Source of the DNA: Candidatus Gallionella acididurans | GTDB lineage: Bacteria; Pseudomonadota; Gammaproteobacteria; Burkholderiales; Gallionellaceae | NCBI GenBank assembly: GCA_001577345.1 | Contig: LSLI01000001.1 | Coordinates: forward strand, 6,764-70,763 | Direction: 5' to 3' | Length of the DNA: 64,000 bases | Part shown: one piece after another, positions 19,629 through 30,145 of the stretch | How the letters are laid out: each line of letters begins with the position of its first letter | How positions within the stretch are numbered: the first letter of the stretch is position 1 | Made by a program: the position numbers and the translations under genes | The notes under the pieces: generated by a model | What the model saw: only the letters and a program-made list of their open reading frames with translations | The model's database searches: none | Told to the model about the DNA's origin: nothing

Positions 19629-19817
19629 TGCGCATCACGTGTGAAAATGTGCATCTGAATTAGAGCGAATGAGTGACTGGCAGGGAGAGTTATTTTCGCA
19701 GCGTCCTCCGTCTGCTTCATGATTCAAAGATTTTGTCGTAATTCCCTCGCCATCAGGCGTTTAAGCATTTTGGGACAGGGCCTCATAAGCAAGTCGCCTT
19801 AAAGCCAGGAGTTTCCG

Positions 19818-20867
19818 ATGCCAGCCAGACTGAACGAAAAATTACTGTCTCCTATTGCCGGTGTGGTAATTTTTGCCCTCGTGGCCATTGCCGGGTTCGC
19901 CTACGTCAAATGGATGCCCTACTATGCCAAGGCATTCGTCGCCCAGAGCCATCATTTCATAGGCGATTCGATACTCTCCGGTAAGGCCGCCGCTCCGCCG
20001 CCCGCATCATGGAGCGCGGCAACAGACTACGCGATCGCCTATGGCAAGGCGATCTGGCAGGCACTGGTACTCGGCCTGATTCTGGGTTCCGGCATCAAGG
20101 TGCTGCTTCCGGCCCATTGGGTGGGCGCGGCGCTGGGTCGAATAGGTTTCAGGAGCGTCGCTCTGGCCGGCCTTTTCGCCACTCCCTGCATGATGTGCAC
20201 CTGTTGTGCCGCACCCGTGGCCGCCGGCATGCGGCAAAGCCGCGCTTCGGTCGGCAGTGTGGTGTCCTGGTGGATATCGAACCCGGTGCTGAATCCGGCG
20301 ACGCTGGTGTTCATGGGCTTCGTGCTGGGATGGGATTGGGCCCTCTTCAGGGTTGTGCTCGGCATCGCGATGGTGCTGGTGGTTGCCCATCTGGCAGAGC
20401 ATTATGCCGGCCCGCAGGCAGCTGCTTCTCTCGAACAGGATTTGATCCCTGAGGCCGAGACTTCCCAAGACAACCTGCTGCTGCGCTGGATTCGGGAATT
20501 CATGACCCTCGCGATCAGGCTCGTGCCAGAGTATCTGGTTCTCGTGCTTTTGCTTGGTGCGGCCAGAGTTTGGCTGTTCCCGGTGCTGGGTGCGCATGAC
20601 GGCATAGGCTGGATCGTTGCGATGGCGCTCGCCGGCACATTGTTCGTCATACCCACTGCGGGAGAAGTGCCCATCGTGCAGGCGATGTTCGCATTGGGCA
20701 TGGGTGCGGGTCCCGCCGGGGCGCTCATCATGACGCTGCCAGCAGTCAGCCTGCCTTCGCTGGTCATGCTCCGCCGTGTCTTCAGCCTGCGCATTCGTCT
20801 AGTGATCGCCGCCGGGGTGGCACTGTCAGGCATGGTCGCCGGTCTTGTCGCTATGTTTGTATTTTAA
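19818..20867 (+). CDS. Predicted permease (DUF318/ArsP-like)
   Basis: Multi-TM protein with TPCMMCTCCAAP, NPVLNP and PTAGEVPI motifs. Confidence 0.8.
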   Translation: MPARLNEKLLSPIAGVVIFALVAIAGFAYVKWMPYYAKAFVAQSHHFIGDSILSGKAAAPPPASWSAATDYAIAYGKAIWQALVLGLILGSGIKVLLPAHWVGAALGRIGFRSVALAGLFATPCMMCTCCAAPVAAGMRQSRASVGSVVSWWISNPVLNPATLVFMGFVLGWDWALFRVVLGIAMVLVVAHLAEHYAGPQAAASLEQDLIPEAETSQDNLLLRWIREFMTLAIRLVPEYLVLVLLLGAARVWLFPVLGAHDGIGWIVAMALAGTLFVIPTAGEVPIVQAMFALGMGAGPAGALIMTLPAVSLPSLVMLRRVFSLRIRLVIAAGVALSGMVAGLVAMFVF

Positions 20868-20931
20868 TTTCGCGATGCACTTTGCGGGGGTTTGGTAATA
20901 TCCGCGCCTGCTCATTTACGGTGTTGTTGTG

Positions 20932-21726
20932 ATGAACCCCACTCTCGTCTTTGATATTGAAACCATACCCGACATAGCCGGGTTGCGCACCCTGCACGAG
21001 CTGGATGCGCACATCAGCGATGCGGAAGTCGCGGAAATGGCTTTCCAGTTGCGCCGCCAGAAGACCGGCAGCGACTTCATGCCCCACCATCTGCAACGCG
21101 TCGTGGCTATCTCCTGCGCGCTGCGCGAGGGCGACAACTTCAAGGTCTGGTCGCTCGGTGATCTGCACGAGGATGAGGGTTCCATCATCCAGCGCTTTTT
21201 CGACGGCATCGACAAATACACCCCGCAAATCGTGTCGTGGAACGGCAGCGGCTTCGACCTGCCGGTGCTGCATTACCGCGGCTTGATCCACGGCGTGCAG
21301 TGCGCGCGCTATTGGGACCAGGGCGAGGACGACAAGGATTTCAAGTGGAACAACTACATCAGCCGCTACCATTCGCGCCATCTCGACCTGATGGACTTGC
21401 TGGCGATGTATACCGGGCGCGCCAACGCGCCGCTGGACGAGCTGGCCAAACTGATCGGCTTTCCGGGCAAGTTGGGCATGGACGGCAGCAAGGTGTGGGA
21501 GGCCTACCAGCAGGGCAGGCTGGACGAGATACGCAACTATTGCGAGACCGATGTGGCGAACACTTATCTGGTGTTCGCGCGCTTCCAGATGATGCGCGGC
21601 GTGCTTACCCGGGCGCGTTACCAGAAGGAATGCGAACTGGTGCGCGCCGAGTTGGGCAAGCTCGACCAGCCGCACTGGAAAGAATTTCTCGCGGCCTGGC
21701 CTGAACACAAAATAACCTACCCGTAG
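20932..21726 (+). CDS. Predicted 3'-5' exonuclease (PolB-exo-like)
   Basis: VFDIETIPD, SWNGSGFDLPVL and YCETDV DEDD motifs. Lies upstream of rlmD. Confidence 0.88.
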   Translation: MNPTLVFDIETIPDIAGLRTLHELDAHISDAEVAEMAFQLRRQKTGSDFMPHHLQRVVAISCALREGDNFKVWSLGDLHEDEGSIIQRFFDGIDKYTPQIVSWNGSGFDLPVLHYRGLIHGVQCARYWDQGEDDKDFKWNNYISRYHSRHLDLMDLLAMYTGRANAPLDELAKLIGFPGKLGMDGSKVWEAYQQGRLDEIRNYCETDVANTYLVFARFQMMRGVLTRARYQKECELVRAELGKLDQPHWKEFLAAWPEHKITYP

Positions 21727-21782
21727 GAGCGGGCCATGCCCGCGATTGCCATTCAGATTCGCGGGCATGGCCCGCTCCTACG
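21722..21782. repeat. GTAG-family REP doublet, copy 2
   Basis: CGTAGGAGCGGGCCATGCCCGCGA-13 nt-TCGCGGGCATGGCCCGCTCCTACG. Its TAG is the exonuclease stop codon. Confidence 0.9.
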
Positions 21783-21802
21783 CGCGATGAAAGCTTACCC
21801 TC

Positions 21803-23122
21803 ATGTCTAAAAACAATCCGCAGCAAGACTCCGTCATCGTTGAATCCCTCGACCAGGAAGGCCGCGGTGTTGCGCGCACCGAAGGCAAGGTGATCTTCAT
21901 CGAGGGCGCGCTGACCGGCGAAGTGGTGAGCTACAGCTCGTACCGCAAGAAGCCGTCGTTCGAGCAAGCGCAAGTCACCGCGATACACAAGTCTTCGGCG
22001 ATGCGCGTGCAGCCGAAATGCAAACACTTCGGCGTGTGCGGCGGCTGCTCGATGCAGCACCTGGACGCAAGGGCGCAGGTCGCGGTCAAGCAGCGCATCC
22101 TCGAAGACAGCCTGTGGCACATCGGCAAGGTCAGGGCGGAAACCATATTGCGCCCGATCTACGGCCAGACCTGGGGTTATCGCGAGCGCGCGCGGCTTTC
22201 GGTCAGGCATGTGATCAAAAAGGGCAAGACGCTGGTCGGTTTTCACGAGAAGCGCAGCAGCTTTGTCGCCGACATGCAGCACTGCGAGATACTCACGCCC
22301 AGGATCGCCGTGCTGCTGCCGCTGCTGGCCGAGCTGATCAGCGGCCTGTCAATACGCGATCGCGTGCCGCAGATCGAGGTGGCGGTTGGAGATCACGTCG
22401 ATGTGCTGGTGCTGCGCGTGATGGATACGCCCAGCAGCGAAGATGAAAGCGCGCTGCGCGCCTTTGCCGATATGCACGAAATCCAGTTCTGGCTGCAATC
22501 CAAGGGCTATGACACCATCGCGCCGTTCCACCCGCTAAACGCACCGCCTCTTTCCTACAGCCTGCCGGAGTTCGGCATCACGATGCCGTTCGCGCCGAGT
22601 GAATTCACCCAGGTGAACAGCGCGCTGAATCGCGTGATGATCAGCCGCGCGATGCGGCTGCTCGACCCGCAACCGGGCGAGCGCATCGCCGATTTTTTCT
22701 GCGGCCTGGGCAACTTCACGCTGCCGATCGCGCGCAGCGGTGCACAGGTGCTGGGCATCGAAGGCAGCGAAACTCTGGTGGCTCGCGCCAGACAGAATGC
22801 CGAATTGAATGGCCTGGCCGGCAACGCCAAATTTGCCGCGATGAACCTGTTCGCGATCACAGCGGAGACTTTTTTCAGCCTCGGCCGATTCGACAAGCTG
22901 CTGATCGACCCGCCGCGCGACGGTGCGATCGAACTGGTGAAATCGCTGGGCGGTGAGTTTGCCCCGCGCCGGATTGTTTACGTTTCCTGCAACCCGGGCA
23001 CACTGGCGCGCGATGCCGCCGAACTGGTGCAACGCGGCTACGTGTTGAAATCCGCCGGGGTGATGAACATGTTTCCGCATACCTCGCATGTCGAGTCGAT
23101 CGCGGTATTCGAGCGGCCGTGA
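21803..23122 (+). CDS. rlmD: 23S rRNA m5U1939 methyltransferase
   Basis: TRAM domain, [14 protein letters not shown] Fe-S motif, [21 protein letters not shown] and MFPHTSHVE. Confidence 0.95.
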   Translation: MSKNNPQQDSVIVESLDQEGRGVARTEGKVIFIEGALTGEVVSYSSYRKKPSFEQAQVTAIHKSSAMRVQPKCKHFGVCGGCSMQHLDARAQVAVKQRILEDSLWHIGKVRAETILRPIYGQTWGYRERARLSVRHVIKKGKTLVGFHEKRSSFVADMQHCEILTPRIAVLLPLLAELISGLSIRDRVPQIEVAVGDHVDVLVLRVMDTPSSEDESALRAFADMHEIQFWLQSKGYDTIAPFHPLNAPPLSYSLPEFGITMPFAPSEFTQVNSALNRVMISRAMRLLDPQPGERIADFFCGLGNFTLPIARSGAQVLGIEGSETLVARARQNAELNGLAGNAKFAAMNLFAITAETFFSLGRFDKLLIDPPRDGAIELVKSLGGEFAPRRIVYVSCNPGTLARDAAELVQRGYVLKSAGVMNMFPHTSHVESIAVFERP

Positions 23123-23589
23123 AACGCTACACCGACCTGGTCACCGACGCGCTCACGCGCGTGAAAGAGATCCAGCCCTGGGACCTGGGCAAGCAGCTGG
23201 CCGCAGGCAGCAAACCCGTGCTGCTCGACGTGCGCGAACCGGCCGAATTTGCCGTGCTGCATATCCCCGGGGCGATCAACGTGCCGCGCGGGATACTGGA
23301 ACAATCCTGCGAATGGGGCTTCGACGAGACCCTGCCGTTGCTTGCCGCCGGCCGTGGACTGGATATTGTGGTGATCTGCCGTTCCGGCTACCGGTCGGCG
23401 CTGGTTGCGGACGTGATGCAGAAGATGGGCTATACCGGCGTGGTTTCGCTCAGGACCGGGGTGCGCGGCTGGAACGATTCCGAGCAGCCGCTGGTGGATG
23501 CCGCCGGCAAGCCGGTGGATGCCGATACTGCGGAGGAGTTGCTGGCGCCGCGGCTGCGCCCGGAGCAGCGCGGTCCGGGTGGGCGCTGA
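23119..23589 (+). CDS. Rhodanese-domain sulfurtransferase
   Basis: [21 protein letters not shown] and active-site loop CRSGYRS. GTGA overlap with rlmD. Confidence 0.85.
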   Translation: MKRYTDLVTDALTRVKEIQPWDLGKQLAAGSKPVLLDVREPAEFAVLHIPGAINVPRGILEQSCEWGFDETLPLLAAGRGLDIVVICRSGYRSALVADVMQKMGYTGVVSLRTGVRGWNDSEQPLVDAAGKPVDADTAEELLAPRLRPEQRGPGGR

Positions 23590-23731
23590 TCGGGCTGGTT
23601 GTCATTACAACATTCATGCTCAATTTGGAAGGCGTACTTACCGGGGAGATTGAACCGGGCCCCACGGCAATACCCGGCAAGGTTACAATTATCCCGGCAT
23701 GATCTGCGCACCACAGCATAGGGATCAATGA

Positions 23732-26056
23732 ATGAAGGCAATCAAGAATTCGGCTCTCGGACTGTTCGGTATCACCGGTGTCCTGGTTTCAATTTTCGGC
23801 ATCAAGATACCGTTTGCCGAATCCTTCGCCAAGGAGCACTGGCGCGCCGGCTTGGCCGCGTTGCTGCTGATCATCCTGATGATCCCGGCTGCAATTGGCT
23901 TGTTTCTCTATCTGGTCGACGCGAACAGATTCAAAACCGAGATCGTCCAGTACGTCAAGGCGCACTCCCAGCGCGATCTGGTGTTGCAGGGCGACCTGAA
24001 GCTGACCTTTTTCCCCAAGCTGGGGCTGGATTCCGGCAAGATGTCGCTGAGCGAGCGCAACAGCGCCAGGGAATTCGCATCCATCAACAACGCGCGGCTT
24101 TACATCGCCTGGTGGCCTTTGCTTAAAAAGCAGCTGGTGCTGGAGCGGGTGGAGATCGACGGCATCCGCGCCAACCTGACCCGGTTCAAGGATGGCACAA
24201 CCAACTTTGACGACCTGCTGGTACGCAATGAAGTTTTGTCGCCGGTGACGTTCGATATCGAGGGTTTGCGCGTCACCAATTCGGCCATCAATTGGCAGGA
24301 CGAGATGAAGTGGCAGCGTGTCGCGGTGCAGGATATAAGGATTGAGACCGGCCGGCTCGCCGACACCGTGCCGGGCAACCTGAAGGCGAGTTTCCATCTC
24401 AATTCGGAACGGCTGCACAGCGACTCCAACATCGAACTGAAAAGCAGTCTGTTTTTCGACCGCAAGGCCATGCGTTACGAATTCGCCGATATCGACGGCA
24501 AGCTGGACGGCACCGCGGGCGGATTCAGCAATCTTGACCTGAGTTTCAAGGGCAGTCTGGACAGCAATCCGGCGCAGCAATCCTTGCTGGCGGAAAATAT
24601 TGTTGTTTCCGGAACGGGCAATTACGGGCAGCGCAGCATCGAGGCCAGGCTGGGCATGCCGAAACTGCAATACGCGAAAGACACTTTGAGCGGCAGCAAT
24701 ATCACGCTTGATGCCACCCTGGCGCAGTTCGACGAGAAGTGGACGGCGTCGCTGCAGATGCCCGCGTTCGACTTCTCCAACAAGATATTCAAGGCGGGGG
24801 TGTTCAGTACGGATTTTGATTTCAGCGGGCCGGGGCGGAGGCTGCAGGGCAAGTTGTCCAGCCCGGCGAGCATGGATTTTGAAGCCGCGCCGACCCTGCT
24901 GCTGGGCGCCATGTCCCTGGATTTTTCCGCAAAGGATACTATGCTCTCGGGTGAGCTGTCCGGGAAGGCGACGGGCAAGCTGAGCGTGGATCTTTCCGGA
25001 CGCAGTGCGAATCTGGGCTTCAAGGCAACGGTCGACGACAGTGATATCACCGGCAAGATGGCATTGGCCGATTTCAACCACCCCGCATATATGCTGGATA
25101 TTAATATCAACCGCATCGATCTGGATCGGTATATCGCCGCCGACTGGATCAAGCGCTACCAGAACGATGCCACCCATCTGGATCTTGGCGGCCTCAAGGA
25201 TATGAATCTGAGCGGCAGTCTGCATGCCGGGGAGATCAGGGTGGCGAAGCTCAAAGCCAGCAAGCTCACTGCAGTGATCAAGATCGAGCAATCCGAACTC
25301 GCCATAGCGCCGTTGTCTGCCAGGCTTTACGGCGGGATATTGAACGGCAGCTTCAGCGCTGATGCCCGGGGCAAACCACAGTTCACGCTCGCGCAAAATC
25401 TGCGGGGCGTGCAGATGAATTCCCTGCTCGCCGACACGGCGGCCATTGGCAAACTCGATGGCAAGGGCGATATTGCGCTGAACATCAGCGCCGAGGGCGG
25501 CAGCATCGGCGAACTGCGCAAAACCCTGGACGGCAGCTTGGCGCTTGCCTTGGGTCGCGGTTCCATCGCGGGTATCGACCTGCGCACCGCACTGGTCGAG
25601 GGCAGGGATGATTTGGGAACGAGGAGCGAACCGCGCGTCCACGAATCCCGTTTCAGTGAAAGAACCGGTTTCTCCGGCTTAAAAGCCGCGTTCAATATCA
25701 AGGACGGCATCAGCCACGGCAACAGTTTTGAATTGAGGTCGGCGTTGTACCGGGTCGCGGGTGAAGGCGACATCACTCCCGGTTCGGGCAGCATCAATTT
25801 TCAACTTGCTGCCGTGGTGGCCCCCGCGCTCAAGCGGCACAGCGCGGGAGACCTGGCCGAATTGAGGGGCGTCACGATCCCGGTTCGCGTGAGCGGGCGC
25901 TACGTTGCGCCTGCCATCACGCTGGACTTTGCCGCCGCCAGCGGCGACATCGTGACCAAACGGATCAGTGCAGCCAGGGCCGCAGCGGAACATACACCGG
26001 TAGCCAAACAGGCACCCGCCACGAAAAAGCGGGCAAAAAAGCCCGCCAAAAAATGA
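23732..26056 (+). CDS. AsmA-family protein
   Basis: N-terminal TM anchor, GDLKLTFFPKLGL, NFDDLL and a C-terminal AsmA-like region. Confidence 0.85.
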   Translation: MKAIKNSALGLFGITGVLVSIFGIKIPFAESFAKEHWRAGLAALLLIILMIPAAIGLFLYLVDANRFKTEIVQYVKAHSQRDLVLQGDLKLTFFPKLGLDSGKMSLSERNSAREFASINNARLYIAWWPLLKKQLVLERVEIDGIRANLTRFKDGTTNFDDLLVRNEVLSPVTFDIEGLRVTNSAINWQDEMKWQRVAVQDIRIETGRLADTVPGNLKASFHLNSERLHSDSNIELKSSLFFDRKAMRYEFADIDGKLDGTAGGFSNLDLSFKGSLDSNPAQQSLLAENIVVSGTGNYGQRSIEARLGMPKLQYAKDTLSGSNITLDATLAQFDEKWTASLQMPAFDFSNKIFKAGVFSTDFDFSGPGRRLQGKLSSPASMDFEAAPTLLLGAMSLDFSAKDTMLSGELSGKATGKLSVDLSGRSANLGFKATVDDSDITGKMALADFNHPAYMLDININRIDLDRYIAADWIKRYQNDATHLDLGGLKDMNLSGSLHAGEIRVAKLKASKLTAVIKIEQSELAIAPLSARLYGGILNGSFSADARGKPQFTLAQNLRGVQMNSLLADTAAIGKLDGKGDIALNISAEGGSIGELRKTLDGSLALALGRGSIAGIDLRTALVEGRDDLGTRSEPRVHESRFSERTGFSGLKAAFNIKDGISHGNSFELRSALYRVAGEGDITPGSGSINFQLAAVVAPALKRHSAGDLAELRGVTIPVRVSGRYVAPAITLDFAAASGDIVTKRISAARAAAEHTPVAKQAPATKKRAKKPAKK

Positions 26057-26114
26057 TATCCCGCCGTTTGTGATGATGCGCTGGCGATATTAACCAAGGG
26101 ATACGGCCATTCAT

Positions 26115-26732
26115 ATGTACTACGGGGAAAAATTCAATGCGATAACTCATCTGGTCGGGGCCGTGCTTGCGCTTGCCGGCACCGTCGTGCTGATCGTGCT
26201 GGCAGCGCTGGGCGGCGATCCCTGGAAGATAGTCAGCGTCTCGATCTACGGCGCGACGCTGATCTTGCTGTACAGCTTCTCAACGCTGTATCACAGCCTG
26301 CGCGGGCGGGCCAAGGTCATCCTGCGCAAGCTGGACCACAACAGCATCTATCTGCTGATCGCCGGAAGTTACACCCCGTTCTGTCTGGTAACGTTGCGCG
26401 GCCCCTGGGGCTGGTCGCTGTTCGGCGTGGTGTGGGGGCTGGCCGCGTTCGGCATCCTGCAGGAACTGATGCAGCGCAGCGAAGCGCGCATATTGTCCTT
26501 GGTGATCTACGTCGTGATGGGCTGGGTGGCGCTGGCGGCGCTGGCCCAGCTGCGGCTTGCGCTGGGACCGGACGGTTTCGCCTGGCTGGTGGCGGGCGGG
26601 CTGTTCTATACGGTGGGCATCGTGTTCTATGTGATCGACAAGCGTCTCGCCCATGCGCATGGAATCTGGCACCTGTTCGTCATTGCCGGCAGCGCATGCC
26701 ATTATGTGGCGATCCTGCTTTATGTGGTTTAA
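26115..26732 (+). CDS. Hemolysin III / PAQR-family membrane protein
   Basis: GEKFNAITH, STLYHS, DHNSIYLLIAGSYTPF and HGIWHLFV. Confidence 0.92.
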   Translation: MYYGEKFNAITHLVGAVLALAGTVVLIVLAALGGDPWKIVSVSIYGATLILLYSFSTLYHSLRGRAKVILRKLDHNSIYLLIAGSYTPFCLVTLRGPWGWSLFGVVWGLAAFGILQELMQRSEARILSLVIYVVMGWVALAALAQLRLALGPDGFAWLVAGGLFYTVGIVFYVIDKRLAHAHGIWHLFVIAGSACHYVAILLYVV

Positions 26733-26737
26733 ACGGG

Positions 26738-26956
26738 AAGGGGAAATTAAAAAAACTGGCACGTCATTCCCGCGAATTCGGGGAATCCAGAATGCCTTGT
26801 CATTGCAACAAGGCTTCAGCTGCGAGCGAAGCGCGGCAGAGGCGTAGCCGACGCGGCAATCCAGATGGTTTAAAAAATGCATCCTGGTCTTGCTGGATTG
26901 CTTCACTTCGTTCGCAATGACGGCAACGGTGTCGTGAATTATGGAAGTATCAATAA
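26738..26956 (+). repeat. 219-bp composite palindromic element, copy 2
   Basis: Direct-orientation copy of 13489..13706 with few substitutions. Confidence 0.9.
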
Positions 26957-27031
26957 CTTGTTGTTTGCGCGCTGGTTGAATATTGTTTTTGCTGATAGAT
27001 TGCCGACCCCGGATATGCGCAGCCCAACTGT

Positions 27032-27060
27032 AAATGTTAAATGGCCAAATGTTAATTGGC
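27032..27060 (+). promoter_or_regulatory. 14-nt direct repeat upstream of the TonB-dependent receptor
   Basis: AAATGTTAAATGGC-C-AAATGTTAATTGGC, one mismatch, 15-nt period. Confidence 0.4.
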
Positions 27061-27131
27061 ATGGAACAGGAATTCCGGGTGACACACTCCCAAAAGACGA
27101 AAACCGGGAATTTCCGATAAGAGGGCTATTG

Positions 27132-29192
27132 TTGAAAAAGCAAAGCGTCATACTCTTGCTGCTGTGCTTTTCCGGGCACTCGGCCAATACAGAAGCGGCC
27201 GACGATGCGGGCGAACTGAATTATTTTCAGGAGCTTCCCGTGGTGTTGAGCGCTTCGCGTTTGTACCAACCTTTGTCGGAAGCGCCGAACGCGATGACGG
27301 TGATCGATCAGAAGATGATAGTCGATTCCGGTTTCCGCAACATTCCCGATCTGTTCAAGCTGGTTCCCGGCATGTACGTGAGCTATTACAAGGGCAGCCA
27401 GGCCATTGTTTCCTACCACGGCGCGACAGACCAGTTCTCGCGGCGCATGCAGGTATTGATAGACGGCCGCAGCGTTTATATGTCGCCAAACAATACCGTG
27501 GACTGGGCCAACCTGCCGATCACGATAGACGATATCGAGCGCATCGAGGTGATTCGCGGCCCGGCTGCGGCATCCTATGGCGCAAATTCGACACAGGGCG
27601 TGATCAATATCATCACCAACGATGCGGGAGCTGTGGATGGCAAGCACGCCAAATATACCCGCGGCAACAAGGGGATCAACGACGCGGACGCCAGATTTGG
27701 CAGGCGCGGCGAAACGTTCGATTACCGGGCGACTTTGGGCTACACCGCCGATAACGGTTATGACAACCTTACTTCGGCACCTTTTCAGGACCACAGATTG
27801 CTGAATAACAGCAATGACAACAATCAGGCGCGCCTGATGAATTACCGCGGCAACTATCATCCCGATGGGGCCAACAGCTTTGACCTGCAGTTCGGTTTCA
27901 ATCACGACATACAAGGCGTAGGGTTCAATGACAAGAACCCGACCCCGGCCACGCCGACCAGCACGAATGGCAACCCGTTCCATGACCTGATCGCCAACAC
28001 CAGCTTTGTCCAGCTTGGCTGGACACGTGCACTGGAAAATTCTTCCGAGCTCAGCGTGCGTTATTACCATATCCAGGAAGACCAAAGCGAGGCATTCCCT
28101 GTTTACCTGGGTGGGGTGTACTACCCCGGCCCGGTGGCACAGACCCTGTCAGTCGGCCGCGACCAGCTTGAGGTGCAGCATACCCTGCGGACTTCCGAAT
28201 CGAACCGCCTGGTCTATGGAACGAATTACCAGACCAATACGGTCAACGGCCAGAGCGTCATGCCGCCCCTGTCGCTGGCCCTGTCTTCCACGTCGTTTAC
28301 CGAAGACCTGCAGATTTTCGCCAATGACGAATGGCGCATCACCAAGCGGCTCCTGCTCAACATCGGCAACATGTTCGAGAGGGATGCCTACGGAAATAAG
28401 GATATGTCACCGCGCGTATCGCTGAATTTCCATGTGACGCCGCAGAATACTTTCAGAACGGGAATTTCAGTTGCCTACCGGACGCCGGCATTGGCGGAAA
28501 CCAACTTCCCGGCAATCCAGCCCGGCGCATTGATCATTCCCAGTGCAACGGCAACAAGCCCGGCGCTGATCCCGGAAAAAATGGTATCCCGCGAGGTCGG
28601 TTATCTCGGTGAATTTCCGGACTGGGACACCACACTGGATATGCGCCTGTTCAGCGATCTGTTGAGCAATGGAATTTTCCCCGACCCGACAACAGGCATT
28701 TTTGTAAATGGAATGTCTGCCGAATATCACGGCTTCGAGGCCACGCTGAAAAAATCCTGGAATGAATCCGGCAACCTGACGGTTAATTTTTCGCATGAAT
28801 TCGCAAGCAGCAACGCCCCGGCTTTGGCTGCGGCCGGTTACTCGTATATGCAGCCGGCCAGTTCACTGGTCGGCGGCGACAAACTTGCACAAAGCCTGCC
28901 GCTGAACAATGTCAGCCTGCTTTACTCCCGGCATCTGACCGGTAATTATTCCTTCAGCACAGCTTATTACTATCAGAGCTCCCTGCAGCCATTTGACCGC
29001 GGGTGGATAGACTTTCAGCCGCAGCAGCATCGGGCGGACCTGCGCATTGCCCGGTCTTTTGAGGGTGCCGCCGGATTCAAGGGCAATGTGGCGCTGGTGG
29101 TGCAAAACCTGTTCAACCAGAATTACAGCGAATATATCGCCAGCAATGTCTTCAACCAGCGCGCCTATGTCATGACCGCAATCAACTGGTAA
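27132..29192 (+). CDS. TonB-dependent receptor
   Basis: Signal peptide, plug motifs VVLSASR and IERIEVIRGPAAASYG, VQNLFN and a terminal Trp. TTG start after RBS GAGGG. Confidence 0.88.
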   Translation: MKKQSVILLLLCFSGHSANTEAADDAGELNYFQELPVVLSASRLYQPLSEAPNAMTVIDQKMIVDSGFRNIPDLFKLVPGMYVSYYKGSQAIVSYHGATDQFSRRMQVLIDGRSVYMSPNNTVDWANLPITIDDIERIEVIRGPAAASYGANSTQGVINIITNDAGAVDGKHAKYTRGNKGINDADARFGRRGETFDYRATLGYTADNGYDNLTSAPFQDHRLLNNSNDNNQARLMNYRGNYHPDGANSFDLQFGFNHDIQGVGFNDKNPTPATPTSTNGNPFHDLIANTSFVQLGWTRALENSSELSVRYYHIQEDQSEAFPVYLGGVYYPGPVAQTLSVGRDQLEVQHTLRTSESNRLVYGTNYQTNTVNGQSVMPPLSLALSSTSFTEDLQIFANDEWRITKRLLLNIGNMFERDAYGNKDMSPRVSLNFHVTPQNTFRTGISVAYRTPALAETNFPAIQPGALIIPSATATSPALIPEKMVSREVGYLGEFPDWDTTLDMRLFSDLLSNGIFPDPTTGIFVNGMSAEYHGFEATLKKSWNESGNLTVNFSHEFASSNAPALAAAGYSYMQPASSLVGGDKLAQSLPLNNVSLLYSRHLTGNYSFSTAYYYQSSLQPFDRGWIDFQPQQHRADLRIARSFEGAAGFKGNVALVVQNLFNQNYSEYIASNVFNQRAYVMTAINW

Positions 29193-29197
29193 ACGCG

Positions 29198-30145
29198 GTG
29201 CACATCTCCTTGCCACAAACACAGCGGATATGGTTTAAACATGCATTTTGCTGGATGCTGTGGCTGCTTCTTCCCCTGCATTTTTCAGGCTATGCAGCGG
29301 ACCTGCGTGTGCTGCTGGTGCTGAGCGGCAATGAGGCTCCCTATCGGACTTTTGCAACAACCTTCAGGCAGAACCTGCCTGCGGACATCCATGTCAGCAC
29401 GCAGGAATACGCCGATTCATTTTCCGACAGCGGACGTCAAATTGACCTGATCGTCACGGTGGGCGAGCTGGCGGCAGTTTCGGTAATCCCGCATACAGGC
29501 CACCCGGTTCTTGCAACAATGCTGACCAGCTTCAGATATGCCGAGCTGGCAAACAACCGCCAGCCGGGCGGGGAGCTCTCGGCAATTTTTGTCGATCAAC
29601 CCTGGGGCAGGCAAGTGAGCCTGTTGCGCGCCGCATTGCCGTCCCGCAACAGGATAGGCATATTGCTCTCTCCGGGAACGGATTGGAAAACAGAGCAGCT
29701 GCGCAGGCTGTTGCTGGATCGTGGCGCAACCCTGGTCACCCAGGTTGCCGATTCTTCCGGCACATTGTCCGGCGACCTGGAGCGCGTCCTGTCACGCAGC
29801 GATTTGCTGCTGGCCATCCCGGACAACACCATCTACAACAGCAGCAACATTCGCGACATCATACTCAGCAGTTATCGCCACGGGATTCCGCTGGTAGGAT
29901 TGTCCCAATCCTATGTCAATGCCGGAGCGTTGTGCGCGGTCTTTTCCACACTGGAACAACTGGCTGCACAAACCGGTGCAGCGGTGATTGCCTATGCAAA
30001 ATCGGGGCAGTTGTCCGGGCCGCAATATCCCGACTCTTACAGTATTGCAGTGAACCGGCAGGTGGCCCGGTCACTGGGAATTGAATTGCCATCCCTGGAA
30101 GCCATACGCAACCAGATGGACAAAACAAAGGGAGGCGAACCTTGA
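29198..30145 (+). CDS. ABC-type substrate-binding-like periplasmic protein (no permease or ATPase nearby)
   Basis: Signal peptide, DLLLAIPDNTIY, YVNAGAL and IAVNRQVARSLGI, typical of the ABC_sub_bind fold. Confidence 0.8.
   Translation: MHISLPQTQRIWFKHAFCWMLWLLLPLHFSGYAADLRVLLVLSGNEAPYRTFATTFRQNLPADIHVSTQEYADSFSDSGRQIDLIVTVGELAAVSVIPHTGHPVLATMLTSFRYAELANNRQPGGELSAIFVDQPWGRQVSLLRAALPSRNRIGILLSPGTDWKTEQLRRLLLDRGATLVTQVADSSGTLSGDLERVLSRSDLLLAIPDNTIYNSSNIRDIILSSYRHGIPLVGLSQSYVNAGALCAVFSTLEQLAAQTGAAVIAYAKSGQLSGPQYPDSYSIAVNRQVARSLGIELPSLEAIRNQMDKTKGGEP

Noticed and set aside
26115-26732. Hemolysin III as a toxin or virulence factor
   Set aside because: It is a ubiquitous PAQR membrane family, and the name does not imply toxicity.
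27015-27040. CCCAACTGTAA upstream of the TonB receptor, resembling the cobalamin riboswitch CCCGCAACTGT motif
   Set aside because: The upstream GGGAA/GGTG-AA-TCC core and the rest of the B12 element are missing. An Infernal search with the Rfam cobalamin models would settle it.
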